Shown piece by piece: positions 1 to 9,044 of a stretch of 64,000 nucleotides of DNA. Under the pieces are notes generated by a model that was given only the letters and a program-made list of their open reading frames with translations, was not told the DNA's origin and did no database searches. The stretch comes from Planctomycetota bacterium. GTDB lineage: Bacteria; Planctomycetota; UBA8108; SXIK01. Where the stretch lies: contig CBDCXR010000004.1 of NCBI GenBank assembly GCA_965223845.1, positions 7,360,001 through 7,424,000 on the forward strand, written 5' to 3'. A program made the translations under genes and the position numbers. How positions within the stretch are numbered: the first letter of the stretch is position 1; each line of letters opens with the position of its first letter.

Positions 1-23
1 GAGTTCCTTCGGGGGAGTGGAGA

Positions 24-494
24 TCATGGCTTCCCCTCCCCGTCAGGATCGCTCGCAGCGCCTACGTACTGCCACACCTTCAGCTCGCGGCTATGGGATT
101 GCCGACGACGGCTCTTGACTCGCTCTCCGGTGAAGACCCAGCAACGTTGCTTGAACAGGCTTCCAGCGGCGTTGCCCAGATCGGAGTACCGAAGCCCGTC
201 GCTTTCCAGGGCGACGCAAACGTCCTCGGCTGTGCATCGTCGGTCAGCGCGTGACAGGGCTATGCGAACCGATACCTTCCTCGCGTACTGTAGTGCGTCA
301 CGATGGTTTCGTGCCGCCCGCTCCATCCCCTCGTGTTTCGCGACTTCGCTGGCGTCGCTGCGTCCGACATGACTCCTGCAAGTAGGTTCAGCGACTTCAT
401 CAAGCGCGTCGCGCAATTCGTCGAGCTGCTGCGCTGAGAGACCAGAGAGCAAGTCTCGAACGCTCTGACGAAGAGGGTCTTGGGGAGCTGTCAC
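24..494 (-). CDS. Phage/satellite-like hypothetical protein
   Basis: 156-aa ORF. GTG start after a strong RBS (AAGGGAGGT), overlapping the stop of the upstream ORF (GTGA). Its C-terminal TAEDV...NAAGSLF...SRR..SHSR...W pattern resembles phage hypothetical proteins. Confidence 0.65.
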   Translation of the reverse strand: MTAPQDPLRQSVRDLLSGLSAQQLDELRDALDEVAEPTCRSHVGRSDASEVAKHEGMERAARNHRDALQYARKVSVRIALSRADRRCTAEDVCVALESDGLRYSDLGNAAGSLFKQRCWVFTGERVKSRRRQSHSRELKVWQYVGAASDPDGEGKP

Positions 495-694
495 GCTGCA
501 CCTCCCTTCTCACATCGCCCGAATGGCGAGGTCAGGAAGGTGAAGAAGCGATTAGCGTCAACCGCCCAGCAGTGAACGCCTTGGACGAGGCATAAAAAAA
601 GCCCGGAGCAGGATGTCAAACCCTCGACCGCAAAGCGGCTCCGGGCGCGGTGTTCAAATTCTATGCTGCTGGGGATCGATCTTGGGTTTGACAT
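491..694 (-). CDS. Small, possibly leaderless ORF (67 aa) running through the c4-like RNA
   Basis: ATG at 694 lies 5 nt after a TAGTAT -10 box (705-700). The ORF ends in EKGGAA and is translationally coupled to 24..494. Confidence 0.35.
   Translation of the reverse strand: MSNPRSIPSSIEFEHRARSRFAVEGLTSCSGLFLCLVQGVHCWAVDANRFFTFLTSPFGRCEKGGAA
594..646 (-). ncRNA. c4/CI-like structured antisense RNA or attenuator
   Basis: Closing stem GCCCGGAGC/GCTCCGGGC, internal hairpins CCGC-TTT-GCGG and AGGG-TTTGACA-TCCT, then a U7 tract. The loop region is perfectly complementary over 11 nt to the upstream ATGTCAAACCC (694-684). Confidence 0.5.
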
Positions 695-939
695 ACGCAA
701 TACTACGCGACCCTGACGGCGATTCCCAAAGCTTAGGGCGATGTGTGCTTTCATTCGCTCTATGCGTCGATGACCGCCAATCCGTTTTCTCCCGCCTATC
801 TCTTAAGTCTCGGGGCGGTCTCTCATCTTCTACTTAGCGAACGCCTGGCAACGCCTATCGACGCATTACAAGCGGCTCCGATCGTGGGGTACGCTTACGT
901 GAGGCTGATGCCTCTACGCGAACGGTTTGGAACTGACGA

Positions 940-1557
940 ATGGCATCACGAACAACTCGCGAAAGACGAGCTGCGCAGGGAAGATGCGTCGCCTGCGGAG
1001 AATCGAAGGCGCAGCCGGAGCGGCGACTGTGCTCGCCATGCCGGAGCGCTCTGGACAGGGTGAAAGTCTTGGCTCGCGCTCGTGGTTGGCGCGATGACCG
1101 ACCGCACTCCTCGATGCGCAAAGCGATGACGAAGCAGGAGGCGCGTCAGCGAAAACTCTGGAGAGCCGACGAACGACGTTTACGTCGGTCCAGGGAATCT
1201 GAAGCGGTAGTCGAACGTCAGGGGGCGGGCAAGAAGACGCTGGTCGGGGAGGATTCGACATCGCACGTCGCCAAGGCGGGGACCAGTACGGCTCAGGCAG
1301 CGACACCGGTTCCGCCGTCGAATGCGCCTGTCGTGTCTCCAACGTTGACAGAAGGAGAATCGGAGCAACGGATTTGGGAGACCAACCAAGCCTATTGGGA
1401 ACGGATTCGTGGCGAAACGGCTCACGATCTCGCAGCTCGCCTTCTTCGCGGAGGGCATGACGAACAGCGGCTCGTCACGCTCGTGTGCCGTCGATATGTG
1501 ATCCGCGCTGAAGTCGCGGAGGGAATCGTTGACCGCGCTTGGGATGAGGTTGAATGA
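940..1557 (+). CDS. Hypothetical protein with N-terminal CxxC...CxxC putative zinc finger
   Basis: 205-aa ORF with CVAC...CSPC. ATGA overlap with the next gene. Confidence 0.5.
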   Translation: MASRTTRERRAAQGRCVACGESKAQPERRLCSPCRSALDRVKVLARARGWRDDRPHSSMRKAMTKQEARQRKLWRADERRLRRSRESEAVVERQGAGKKTLVGEDSTSHVAKAGTSTAQAATPVPPSNAPVVSPTLTEGESEQRIWETNQAYWERIRGETAHDLAARLLRGGHDEQRLVTLVCRRYVIRAEVAEGIVDRAWDEVE

Positions 1558-2252
1558 AGGGGCAGCGAATGATGCCGAAGTTGGAAGACGCTTTTGAACT
1601 GACAGCGCGAGAAGCTTGGAACCGCAGCTCCCTTGAGGAACGATCGACCTTCAAGCGCGGTCCCTACCAGCTCAGCGTTGCGCTTGAACGTCGGGACGGC
1701 AGCGAATCGAAGCGTGTCGTCGTGAAGTACGCCCTCGCAGACGAATGCGGAAGCCAGATTCTGTCGGAGCGCGAGCAGGAACTCGTTGTCGATGATTGCC
1801 CGCGTCAGTTCGGTGGTTCGGAGCCGCTTCTTCGATGCCCAAGCTGTTCGCGGCGCTGTCGTGTGCTGTTCATGCATCCGAGTGCAACGCGGTTCTCATG
1901 TCGGGAGTGTTCGGCGCTGTCACACGGCAAGCGCGAACGTAGACGAAAGCGTGGCAGGGTAAGACTCGACTCGTCCGAGATCGAGGAATTGTTGGTGAAT
2001 TGGAAGCGCCCAGCCCCAGATCCGCTCACGAATCTGATTCAAGCGCTACTCGCCTGTCCTCCCGAGGTGGGAGCTACCGGATACAGAGCGATCGAACCCT
2101 TCATCATCAGCAAGTATCAAGCGTTCCTGGCGGACCAAGCGAGACTTGCCGAGCGCGATCAATCCGAGCTGGACGCGACGCTGCGGCGCTATCGGGAAAT
2201 CTTGAAACGACTGGAGTCTGACAGCGCGGCGTCAGACGGGTGCCCTCAGTGA
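1554..2252 (+). CDS. Mobile-element conserved hypothetical zinc-ribbon protein
   Basis: FGG...LRCPSCSRRCRVLF...FSCRECSALSH pattern, typical of hypothetical proteins in integrated elements. RBS GAGG upstream. Confidence 0.65.
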   Translation: MKGQRMMPKLEDAFELTAREAWNRSSLEERSTFKRGPYQLSVALERRDGSESKRVVVKYALADECGSQILSEREQELVVDDCPRQFGGSEPLLRCPSCSRRCRVLFMHPSATRFSCRECSALSHGKRERRRKRGRVRLDSSEIEELLVNWKRPAPDPLTNLIQALLACPPEVGATGYRAIEPFIISKYQAFLADQARLAERDQSELDATLRRYREILKRLESDSAASDGCPQ

Positions 2253-2316
2253 ATCCATCGAAATCCACTTGTTGTCTTCACCCGTGCCGGATCGGTCGAA
2301 CGCCACGGTCGGCACT

Positions 2317-3357
2317 TTACTCCGGTGTTGGAGAGCTTTGCAGCACACCCGAATCTTCGCCCTCCACCGGGCGCAAAGCGGATCGCGCAAGGTGTTGCTT
2401 CATCTCGTCCTCGCTCAGCCGGCGGATATCCGACTCGCGGATATTCTCGTGGAAGCCGCAGCTTAGCGCGCCTGCATGCTTCGCCCACGGTTTCTCGAAA
2501 TGGTCGTCGTCCTGGGGTCTCGTGAACTGCACCGTCGCCGGATCGACCCCGCCACGGATCTTCAGAAACGACTGAAGGTTTCTGATTGATAGCGCGAGCA
2601 TCATGAGACCGTGCGCGACGTTTTCGACATCCCAGTTGAGGCTGTGTTCCTTGACGCGGAAATGTGGGTCACGCTTGCCTGCTGGACTCCCGTCTATGGG
2701 GGCGGCTTCATGGAAAGTGCTGCCCCATCGGCTGCTTCCGAGGCTGCTCATGTTTTCGAGTGCAGCCGGTATTCCTGGTGTCTCTTCCAGCCCAAACCGT
2801 AGCTCGAAGCCACCAGGTCGGATTCTCAACCCATGCTTCGCGCAATTGTACTCGCGGGTGTGGAGGTGATTCTGAAAATCACTCCCGAACCGACGCCACA
2901 GGATCGAGAACAACTCTCGCGTTTTTTCGAGTTTTGCTTCGTCATCGTAGGAGAAGAGAAGGACTCGGCTGGCAACGTCTGCCCACGAGACCCGTTCAAG
3001 TCCGAGACGATTCAGAAGGCGGTCACCGACATCGAGTGCGTTCAGAATCTCTCGTAGGTGGCGCGGTTGGCACTTCTGAAACCAACCCACCACGCATTCC
3101 GGGGCTTGAATCGACGCACCAAGAAGCATGAAGAACGTTTCGAGCGCATGGTGGTAGCCCGACCGCATTGACATTGCGGCGTAGTGGCGTTCGTCGCATT
3201 CCACTTTCTCGATGTGTGTGGTAGCCAGATACTCGAAGTACGCCGGGTCGATGCTCTCGACGAAAGATAAGTTGCGACGGGTCAGGTCGCCGTCCCACAT
3301 ACAGTAGGCTCGGTCAACAACCAGGAAAGGCGCGCCTTCCATCGAATGATTCTCCAT
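2317..3357 (-). CDS. Hypothetical protein, possible divergent HEPN-like domain
   Basis: 346-aa ORF, largely helical, with an EYNCAKHG motif reminiscent of the HEPN R/N-x4-H site. The function is inference. Confidence 0.7.
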   Translation of the reverse strand: MENHSMEGAPFLVVDRAYCMWDGDLTRRNLSFVESIDPAYFEYLATTHIEKVECDERHYAAMSMRSGYHHALETFFMLLGASIQAPECVVGWFQKCQPRHLREILNALDVGDRLLNRLGLERVSWADVASRVLLFSYDDEAKLEKTRELFSILWRRFGSDFQNHLHTREYNCAKHGLRIRPGGFELRFGLEETPGIPAALENMSSLGSSRWGSTFHEAAPIDGSPAGKRDPHFRVKEHSLNWDVENVAHGLMMLALSIRNLQSFLKIRGGVDPATVQFTRPQDDDHFEKPWAKHAGALSCGFHENIRESDIRRLSEDEMKQHLARSALRPVEGEDSGVLQSSPTPE

Positions 3358-3499
3358 TCACTTCTCTGCTCAGTGCTATTGCCAACTGGTAGCCTAACAC
3401 CGATTCTCGCGCTTGTCCCGAATTGCGCTGCAACCGGCGTGCCACAGCATTTTTTGGTGCTAACGAACAATAGGGTTCCCTCTTGGACGCTATGACACC

Positions 3500-4276
3500 A
3501 TGATGATATGCTTGTCTGACACCTCAGAGAAAGAGTCCGTGAACAATACTGCCGCCTGCGACAACAACCGTGCCGTCGCCTATGTCCGCGTTAGCACTGA
3601 CGAGCAAGCCCAGGAGGGTGTGAGCCTGGCTCTCCAGGAGCGTCACGTCCGAGTGTATTGTGACCTGAAGGGGCTTGAACTCGTCGATATCATTCGGGAC
3701 GAGGGGATCTCAGCGTCGAAACCCCTCAGCGACCGTCGTGGTGGAGCGGAATTTCTGCGGACTCTCGCCTCGGGCGAAATCGCAAACGTGATCTCGCTCA
3801 AATTGGATCGGTTCTTTCGGAGCGCGTCCGACGCGCTCAACGAGACCAAGCGTTGGGATAAGGCTGGGGTTGCCCTTCATCTCGTGGACCAGGGCGGGGC
3901 GACCATCGACACGAAGAACTCGACGGGGAAGCTGTTCTTCACGCTCCTCGCGGCAATGGCTGAGTTCGAGCGGAACTTGATCTCCGAACGGACTACAGCG
4001 GCTATGCGACACCTTAAGACAGTGCGCCGAGCATACTCGCCGACGCCCTTCGGCTTCGACCGGATTGACGACGAACTCCGGGAGAATGCGGACGAACTCC
4101 GGGTCGTCAAACGAATCCGGGAGATGCGAGCCGGCGAATTGTCGCTCGGCAAGATCGCTGCCACTCTGAACCGGGAAGGTGTCCCCACGAAGACGGGGAA
4201 GAAGTGGCATGGGAGCACGGTCCACTATATTCTTCGGAACCAGCTCTACCAGGAGGTCGGAGTCGCTTCGGACTAA
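3500..4276 (+). CDS. Serine recombinase (resolvase catalytic domain plus recombinase DNA-binding domain)
   Basis: AYVRVST catalytic Ser motif, LDRFFRS, AEFERNLISERT, PFGF, and a C-terminal SLGKIAATLN...W motif. The true start may be GTG 3539. Confidence 0.93.
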   Translation: MMICLSDTSEKESVNNTAACDNNRAVAYVRVSTDEQAQEGVSLALQERHVRVYCDLKGLELVDIIRDEGISASKPLSDRRGGAEFLRTLASGEIANVISLKLDRFFRSASDALNETKRWDKAGVALHLVDQGGATIDTKNSTGKLFFTLLAAMAEFERNLISERTTAAMRHLKTVRRAYSPTPFGFDRIDDELRENADELRVVKRIREMRAGELSLGKIAATLNREGVPTKTGKKWHGSTVHYILRNQLYQEVGVASD

Positions 4277-4502
4277 CGGATCGCGGACGCCCCGCCGCTG
4301 AAGGGGTGAACAGAATTTCCGTGCGTCCCAATCCGGTTCCCCGCGCTCGGGACCCGCAACGGCGACAACTGTTTCTTTCGCGGGCGTGAGTGGAACCGTC
4401 AAGGTTTATTCCCCCGGCGGAGTGCTCGATTGCCGTCAAGGGACAGGGGGACTAAAGTACCCATTGGCTCATGTTGGAAGCGACACTGGCTCGAATCGGC
4501 TA

Positions 4503-5897
4503 ATGCTACTCACAATAACGAACAGAACTCCTGTTGCGACGGATCTCGGGTTTCTTCTACACAAGAACCCCTCGCGGCGTCAGTCCTTCAATCTTGCCTA
4601 CGGCAGAGCCCACGTGTTCTACCCAGAAGCGTCAGAGGAACGCTGCACCGCCGCACTCCTTCTGGACGTGGACCCCATCGGCTTGGTGCGGAACCGTAGG
4701 GGACCCGCCGGGGAAGGGTACACACTCGCTCAGTACGTCAACGACCGCCCCTACGTCGGTTCGTCACTTCTCAGCGTCGCCATCGCGCAGGTCTACGGTA
4801 CAGCACTTCAGGGACGCAGCAAACAACGGCAGGAACTCGCCGAGCAGCCCCTTTCGCTTGCGGCACGGCTCGCCGTTCTTCCCTGTCGAGGTGGGGAGGT
4901 CTTTCTGCGAAAGCTTTTTGAGCCGTTGGGCTACGAGGTCAGCGCGACACGCCATGTACTCGACGAGCAGTTCCCCGACTGGGGAGAGAGTTCTTACTTT
5001 ACGGTAGACATCGAGGGCGAAGTCCGCCTCCAGGACCTTTTGAGCCACCTCTACGTGCTGATCCCGGTTCTCGACAACGACAAGCACTACTTCGTCTCTC
5101 AGGACGAAGTGGAGAAGCTACTCAAGCGCGGCGAAGGGTGGCTGGCATCGCACCCCGCACGTGATGAGATCACGCGGCGGTTCTTGAAACACCAGAAGGG
5201 GCTCGCGAGACAAGCTCTTGCCCGGTTGACGGAGGATTCCGACCCGGACGAAACGGATGAAGTTCAAGCGCAGGAAGAAGCAGAAGTCGAGGAGACCATC
5301 AGCCTCAATGAGCAGCGCATGGGGTCGGTGGTAGCCGCGTTGCGAGGATGCGGGGCGAAGACCGTTATCGACTTGGGTTGCGGGGAGGGAAAGCTCCTTC
5401 AGGAGCTGTTCAAGGACCGCTCGTTTGAGAAAGTTGTCGGAATGGATGTGTCCATTCGGGCGCTTGAGAAGGCGCAAGCCAGGCTTCGATGGGATCGTCT
5501 GCCCGACATTCAAAAGAGTCGCATCGCCCTCTTCCAGGGCTCGCTGATGTACCGAGACCGGAGACTGGAGGGTTTCGATGCTGCTGCCGTTGTCGAAGTC
5601 ATCGAACATCTCGATCCGCCACGACTCGCTGCGTTCGAGCGCGTGGTCTTCGAGTTTGCCCGTCCCCGCGCTGCCGTCGTGACCACACCGAATGTCGAGT
5701 ACAACGTCAAGTTCGAGACGCTTCCGGCGGGACGATTTCGCCACCGCGACCATCGGTTCGAGTGGACTCGAAGTGAGTTCCAGGGCTGGGCAGAAAACGT
5801 GGCGGCTCGATTCGGGTACCGAGCACGGTTTCTCCCGGTCGGAACCGAGCTGGCAGACGTGGGCTCTCCGACCCAGATGGCGGTGTTCGAGCGATGA
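4503..5897 (+). CDS. hen1: 3'-terminal RNA ribose 2'-O-methyltransferase Hen1
   Basis: N-terminus MLLTITN...ATDLGFLLHKNP, YVNDRPY, SAM motif DLGCGEG, EVIEH, TTPNVEYN, RHRDHRFEWTR. Start reassigned to ATG 4503. Confidence 0.96.
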   Translation: MLLTITNRTPVATDLGFLLHKNPSRRQSFNLAYGRAHVFYPEASEERCTAALLLDVDPIGLVRNRRGPAGEGYTLAQYVNDRPYVGSSLLSVAIAQVYGTALQGRSKQRQELAEQPLSLAARLAVLPCRGGEVFLRKLFEPLGYEVSATRHVLDEQFPDWGESSYFTVDIEGEVRLQDLLSHLYVLIPVLDNDKHYFVSQDEVEKLLKRGEGWLASHPARDEITRRFLKHQKGLARQALARLTEDSDPDETDEVQAQEEAEVEETISLNEQRMGSVVAALRGCGAKTVIDLGCGEGKLLQELFKDRSFEKVVGMDVSIRALEKAQARLRWDRLPDIQKSRIALFQGSLMYRDRRLEGFDAAAVVEVIEHLDPPRLAAFERVVFEFARPRAAVVTTPNVEYNVKFETLPAGRFRHRDHRFEWTRSEFQGWAENVAARFGYRARFLPVGTELADVGSPTQMAVFER

Positions 5898-8482
5898 AAG
5901 TCACGGTACCCGAGCTTTCTCTCGTTATTCTGATGGGACCTTCCGGGTCAGGGAAGTCTACGTTTGCACGGAAGCACTTCTTGCCGACCGAAGTCCTGAG
6001 TTCTGATTACTGTCGAGGACTCATATCGGACGACGAGAACGATCAAACCGTCACGGATCATGCCTTCGAGCTGCTTCACTTCATCGCGGCGAAGCGCTTG
6101 ACGAAGAAACGGCTTACGGTCATCGATGCGACGAACGTGCACGCGGAAGACCGCAAGAAACTTGTCGCCCTCGCCCGTGAGTATCACGTCCTTCCTGTCG
6201 CGATCGTCCTCAACCTGCCTGAAAGGCTCTGTCAGGACAGGAACAAGGAGCGCTCCGATCGGAACTTCGGTCCGCACGTCATCAACCAGCAGCGTCGGGC
6301 TCTGAGGAGGTCTCTCAGAACCCTGAAGAAGGAGGGCTTTCGCCACACGTTCGTCTTCAAGACGCCGGAGGAAGTCGAGGGTGCCACCCTCGAACGCACC
6401 AAGCTCTGGACGGACCGGCGTGACGAGCACGGACCGTTCGACATCATCGGCGACGTTCACGGTTGCTACGACGAGCTGGAGGAATTGCTCGGGACGCTCG
6501 GCTACGGAGCGACTGAGCGAGAGCCCGCAGGTCCTCTGGAATCCTCGCGGGTATACACACACCCTGACGGTCGAAAGATCGTGTTTGTCGGCGATCTCGT
6601 CGATCGTGGACCACGGAGTCTCGATACTCTCCGGCTTGCCTACACGATGGTGAAGGATGGTCTCGCGATCTGCGTGCCCGGAAACCACGACATCAAATTC
6701 TTGCGAAAGCTTCGTGGGAAGAACGTCCAGATCACGCACGGGCTTGCGGAAACGTTGGCTGAGCTGGAGTCTCTGCCGACCGACATCCGTCCGGGATTCG
6801 AGCAGGAAGCAGCGCGCTTCATCGACGGGCTCGTGAGTCACTTTCTTCTCGACGACGGCAAGCTTGTGGTCGCGCACGCCGGAATGCGGGAGGACATGCA
6901 AGGACGAGCGTCTGGGAAGATCCGCGAGTTCGCTCTGTTCGGCGAGACTACCGGCGAGACCGACGAGTTCGGGCTTCCCGTGCGACACGATTGGGCGTCA
7001 GAGTACCGGGGAAGTGCGATGGTCGTGTACGGTCATACTCCGATACCTGAGCCGGAGTGGCTGAACCGAACGATCAATATCGACACCGGATGCGTTTTTG
7101 GCGGGAAGCTGACCGCGCTTCGCTACCCAGAGAAGGAACTCGTTTCTGTCGAAGCGCGGCAGACCTACGCAGAATCGCGACGACCGTTTCTGCCGGAGGA
7201 GGAGCAGGCTCCGAAACTCTCAGCGCAGCACGAGCACGACGACGTTCTCTATGTCGAAGATGTGAGCGGGAAGAGGCAGGTTCACACCCGATTGCGGAAG
7301 GCGGTGACGATCCGCGAGGAGAACGCCATTGCTGCTCTGGAGGTCATGACTCGCTTTGCCGCGAACCCGAAGTGGTTGATCTACTTGCCACCCACGATGT
7401 CTCCGTCCGAGACCAGCAAGGAAGGCGGGCTTCTGGAGCATCCGCAAGAGGCGTTTAGCTTCTACCGAAGTCGAGGAGTCCCGAAGGTCGTCTGCGAAGA
7501 AAAGCACATGGGTTCGCGGGCTGTTGTGATCGTTTGTAAGGACGAAGGCGTCGCTCGCGAACGATTCGGCGTCGAGGCGGACGGGGCGGGGATCTGCTAC
7601 ACAAGAACCGGACGACGATTCTTCAATGACCGGGCGCTCGAATCTGAGTTCATCGATCGCGTGAAACGTGCGTTCGATGAGTCGGAGATGTGGGGCGAGT
7701 TGGACTCGGATTGGGCATGCCTTGATTGCGAGTTGATGCCGTGGTCCGCGAAAGCTCAGGAACTGCTTCAGCACCAGTACGCGGCTGTCGGTGCGTCGGC
7801 GAAGGCTGCACTGGCGGAAGTCCTTCCCGCTCTTCGAGGTGCCGTAGAACGCGACTGCGAGATTCAGGAGCTTGTTGACCGCTACTCGCATCGAGCGGAA
7901 CTCGTCACACAGTACACGCAGGCATACCGACAGTATTGTTGGTCAGTGTCCAGCGTCGATGACCTGAAGCTCGCTCCTTTCCATATTCTCGCGACCGAAG
8001 GCTCGACGCACGTAGACAAAGACCACGTGTGGCACATGGAGACGATCAAGCGATTCTGCGGAGTCGATGAGAGCCTACTCCTTTCGACGCCGTACCTCGT
8101 CGTCGATTTGATGGACCCCGCGAGCGAAGAGGCGGGAATTCGGTGGTGGGAGAAGCTGACCGGCGACGGCGGAGAGGGGATGGTCGTCAAGCCTCTCGAT
8201 TTCATCGCAGTCGGGAAGCGCGGATTGATGCAACCGGCAGTGAAATGCCGGGGTAAGGAGTACCTGCGGATCATTTACGGACCGGAGTACACCATCCCGG
8301 AGCACCTGGAGCGTCTGCGCGGGCGAGGGCTGTCGGCAAAGCGGTCGTTGGCGCTTCGAGAGTTCGCCCTGGGCGTCGAATCGCTCGAACGGTTCGTTCG
8401 GAAGGAACCGCTACGCCGCGTCCACGAATGTGTGTTCGGAGTTCTTGCGTTGGAGAGTGAGCCGGTCGATCCGCGCCTTTGA
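5894..8482 (+). CDS. pnkp: Polynucleotide kinase-phosphatase-ligase Pnkp
   Basis: P-loop GPSGSGKS, metallophosphoesterase motifs GDVHG/GDLVDRG/GNHD, and ligase motifs EEKHMGSR, EGMVVKP and KCRG. ATGA overlap with hen1. Confidence 0.96.
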   Translation: MKVTVPELSLVILMGPSGSGKSTFARKHFLPTEVLSSDYCRGLISDDENDQTVTDHAFELLHFIAAKRLTKKRLTVIDATNVHAEDRKKLVALAREYHVLPVAIVLNLPERLCQDRNKERSDRNFGPHVINQQRRALRRSLRTLKKEGFRHTFVFKTPEEVEGATLERTKLWTDRRDEHGPFDIIGDVHGCYDELEELLGTLGYGATEREPAGPLESSRVYTHPDGRKIVFVGDLVDRGPRSLDTLRLAYTMVKDGLAICVPGNHDIKFLRKLRGKNVQITHGLAETLAELESLPTDIRPGFEQEAARFIDGLVSHFLLDDGKLVVAHAGMREDMQGRASGKIREFALFGETTGETDEFGLPVRHDWASEYRGSAMVVYGHTPIPEPEWLNRTINIDTGCVFGGKLTALRYPEKELVSVEARQTYAESRRPFLPEEEQAPKLSAQHEHDDVLYVEDVSGKRQVHTRLRKAVTIREENAIAALEVMTRFAANPKWLIYLPPTMSPSETSKEGGLLEHPQEAFSFYRSRGVPKVVCEEKHMGSRAVVIVCKDEGVARERFGVEADGAGICYTRTGRRFFNDRALESEFIDRVKRAFDESEMWGELDSDWACLDCELMPWSAKAQELLQHQYAAVGASAKAALAEVLPALRGAVERDCEIQELVDRYSHRAELVTQYTQAYRQYCWSVSSVDDLKLAPFHILATEGSTHVDKDHVWHMETIKRFCGVDESLLLSTPYLVVDLMDPASEEAGIRWWEKLTGDGGEGMVVKPLDFIAVGKRGLMQPAVKCRGKEYLRIIYGPEYTIPEHLERLRGRGLSAKRSLALREFALGVESLERFVRKEPLRRVHECVFGVLALESEPVDPRL

Positions 8483-8495
8483 TCGGAGGTGTCGA

Positions 8496-9044
8496 TTGGA
8501 AACAGAGATTGCGAAATACTTCTGCGAACTGGGGCAGCTAAAGCGCGTGAAACGTTCGGGGTGGTGGCTCGCCGGCGTCCGAGATCCAGAGAGTGTAGCT
8601 GAGCATACGTTTCGCACAGCAGCCATCGCGTACGTCCTGGAAGGGGCGAACCCGGAGAAGGCTGCGGCTCTTGCGTTGTTTCACGACACGGCAGAGGCGC
8701 GGGTCAATGACATGCATCGGCTGGGGAAGAAATACGCGGACTGGACCGGCGTAGAGGAAAAGGTTGTGGAGGACCAAACGTCATCCCTCTCGGAGGAAGT
8801 TGCGGAAGGAATTCGAGGGCTTACTGCCGAATACAAGGAAGCGAAGTCCAGCGAAGCCGTAATCGCTCGTGACGCTGATCGTTTGGAGTGCTTGCTTCAA
8901 GCCCATGAGTACCACCAGCAAGGGGTAGCGGCGGCGGAGGAGTGGATTCAGAATTCGCGAGACGCCCTTAGTACGGATGCCGCCAAGAAGATCGCAACAC
9001 AGGTGTTGAGTCACGACGCAGCCAATTGGTGGGAAGAAGACTGA
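8496..9044 (+). CDS. HD-domain phosphohydrolase (YfbR/5'-deoxynucleotidase-like)
   Basis: LKRVKRSGW, ESVAEH, LFHD, DADRLE. TTG start 5 nt after GGAGGT, 13 nt after the pnkp stop. Confidence 0.9.
   Translation: METEIAKYFCELGQLKRVKRSGWWLAGVRDPESVAEHTFRTAAIAYVLEGANPEKAAALALFHDTAEARVNDMHRLGKKYADWTGVEEKVVEDQTSSLSEEVAEGIRGLTAEYKEAKSSEAVIARDADRLECLLQAHEYHQQGVAAAEEWIQNSRDALSTDAAKKIATQVLSHDAANWWEED

Noticed and set aside
3465-3478. GAAC...GTTC upstream of the recombinase as a LexA box
   Set aside because: The spacer is 6 nt rather than 4.
4308-4319. GAAC-AGAA-TTTC upstream of hen1 as a LexA box
   Set aside because: One core mismatch, no CG flanks, and about 190 nt from the start codon; could easily be chance.
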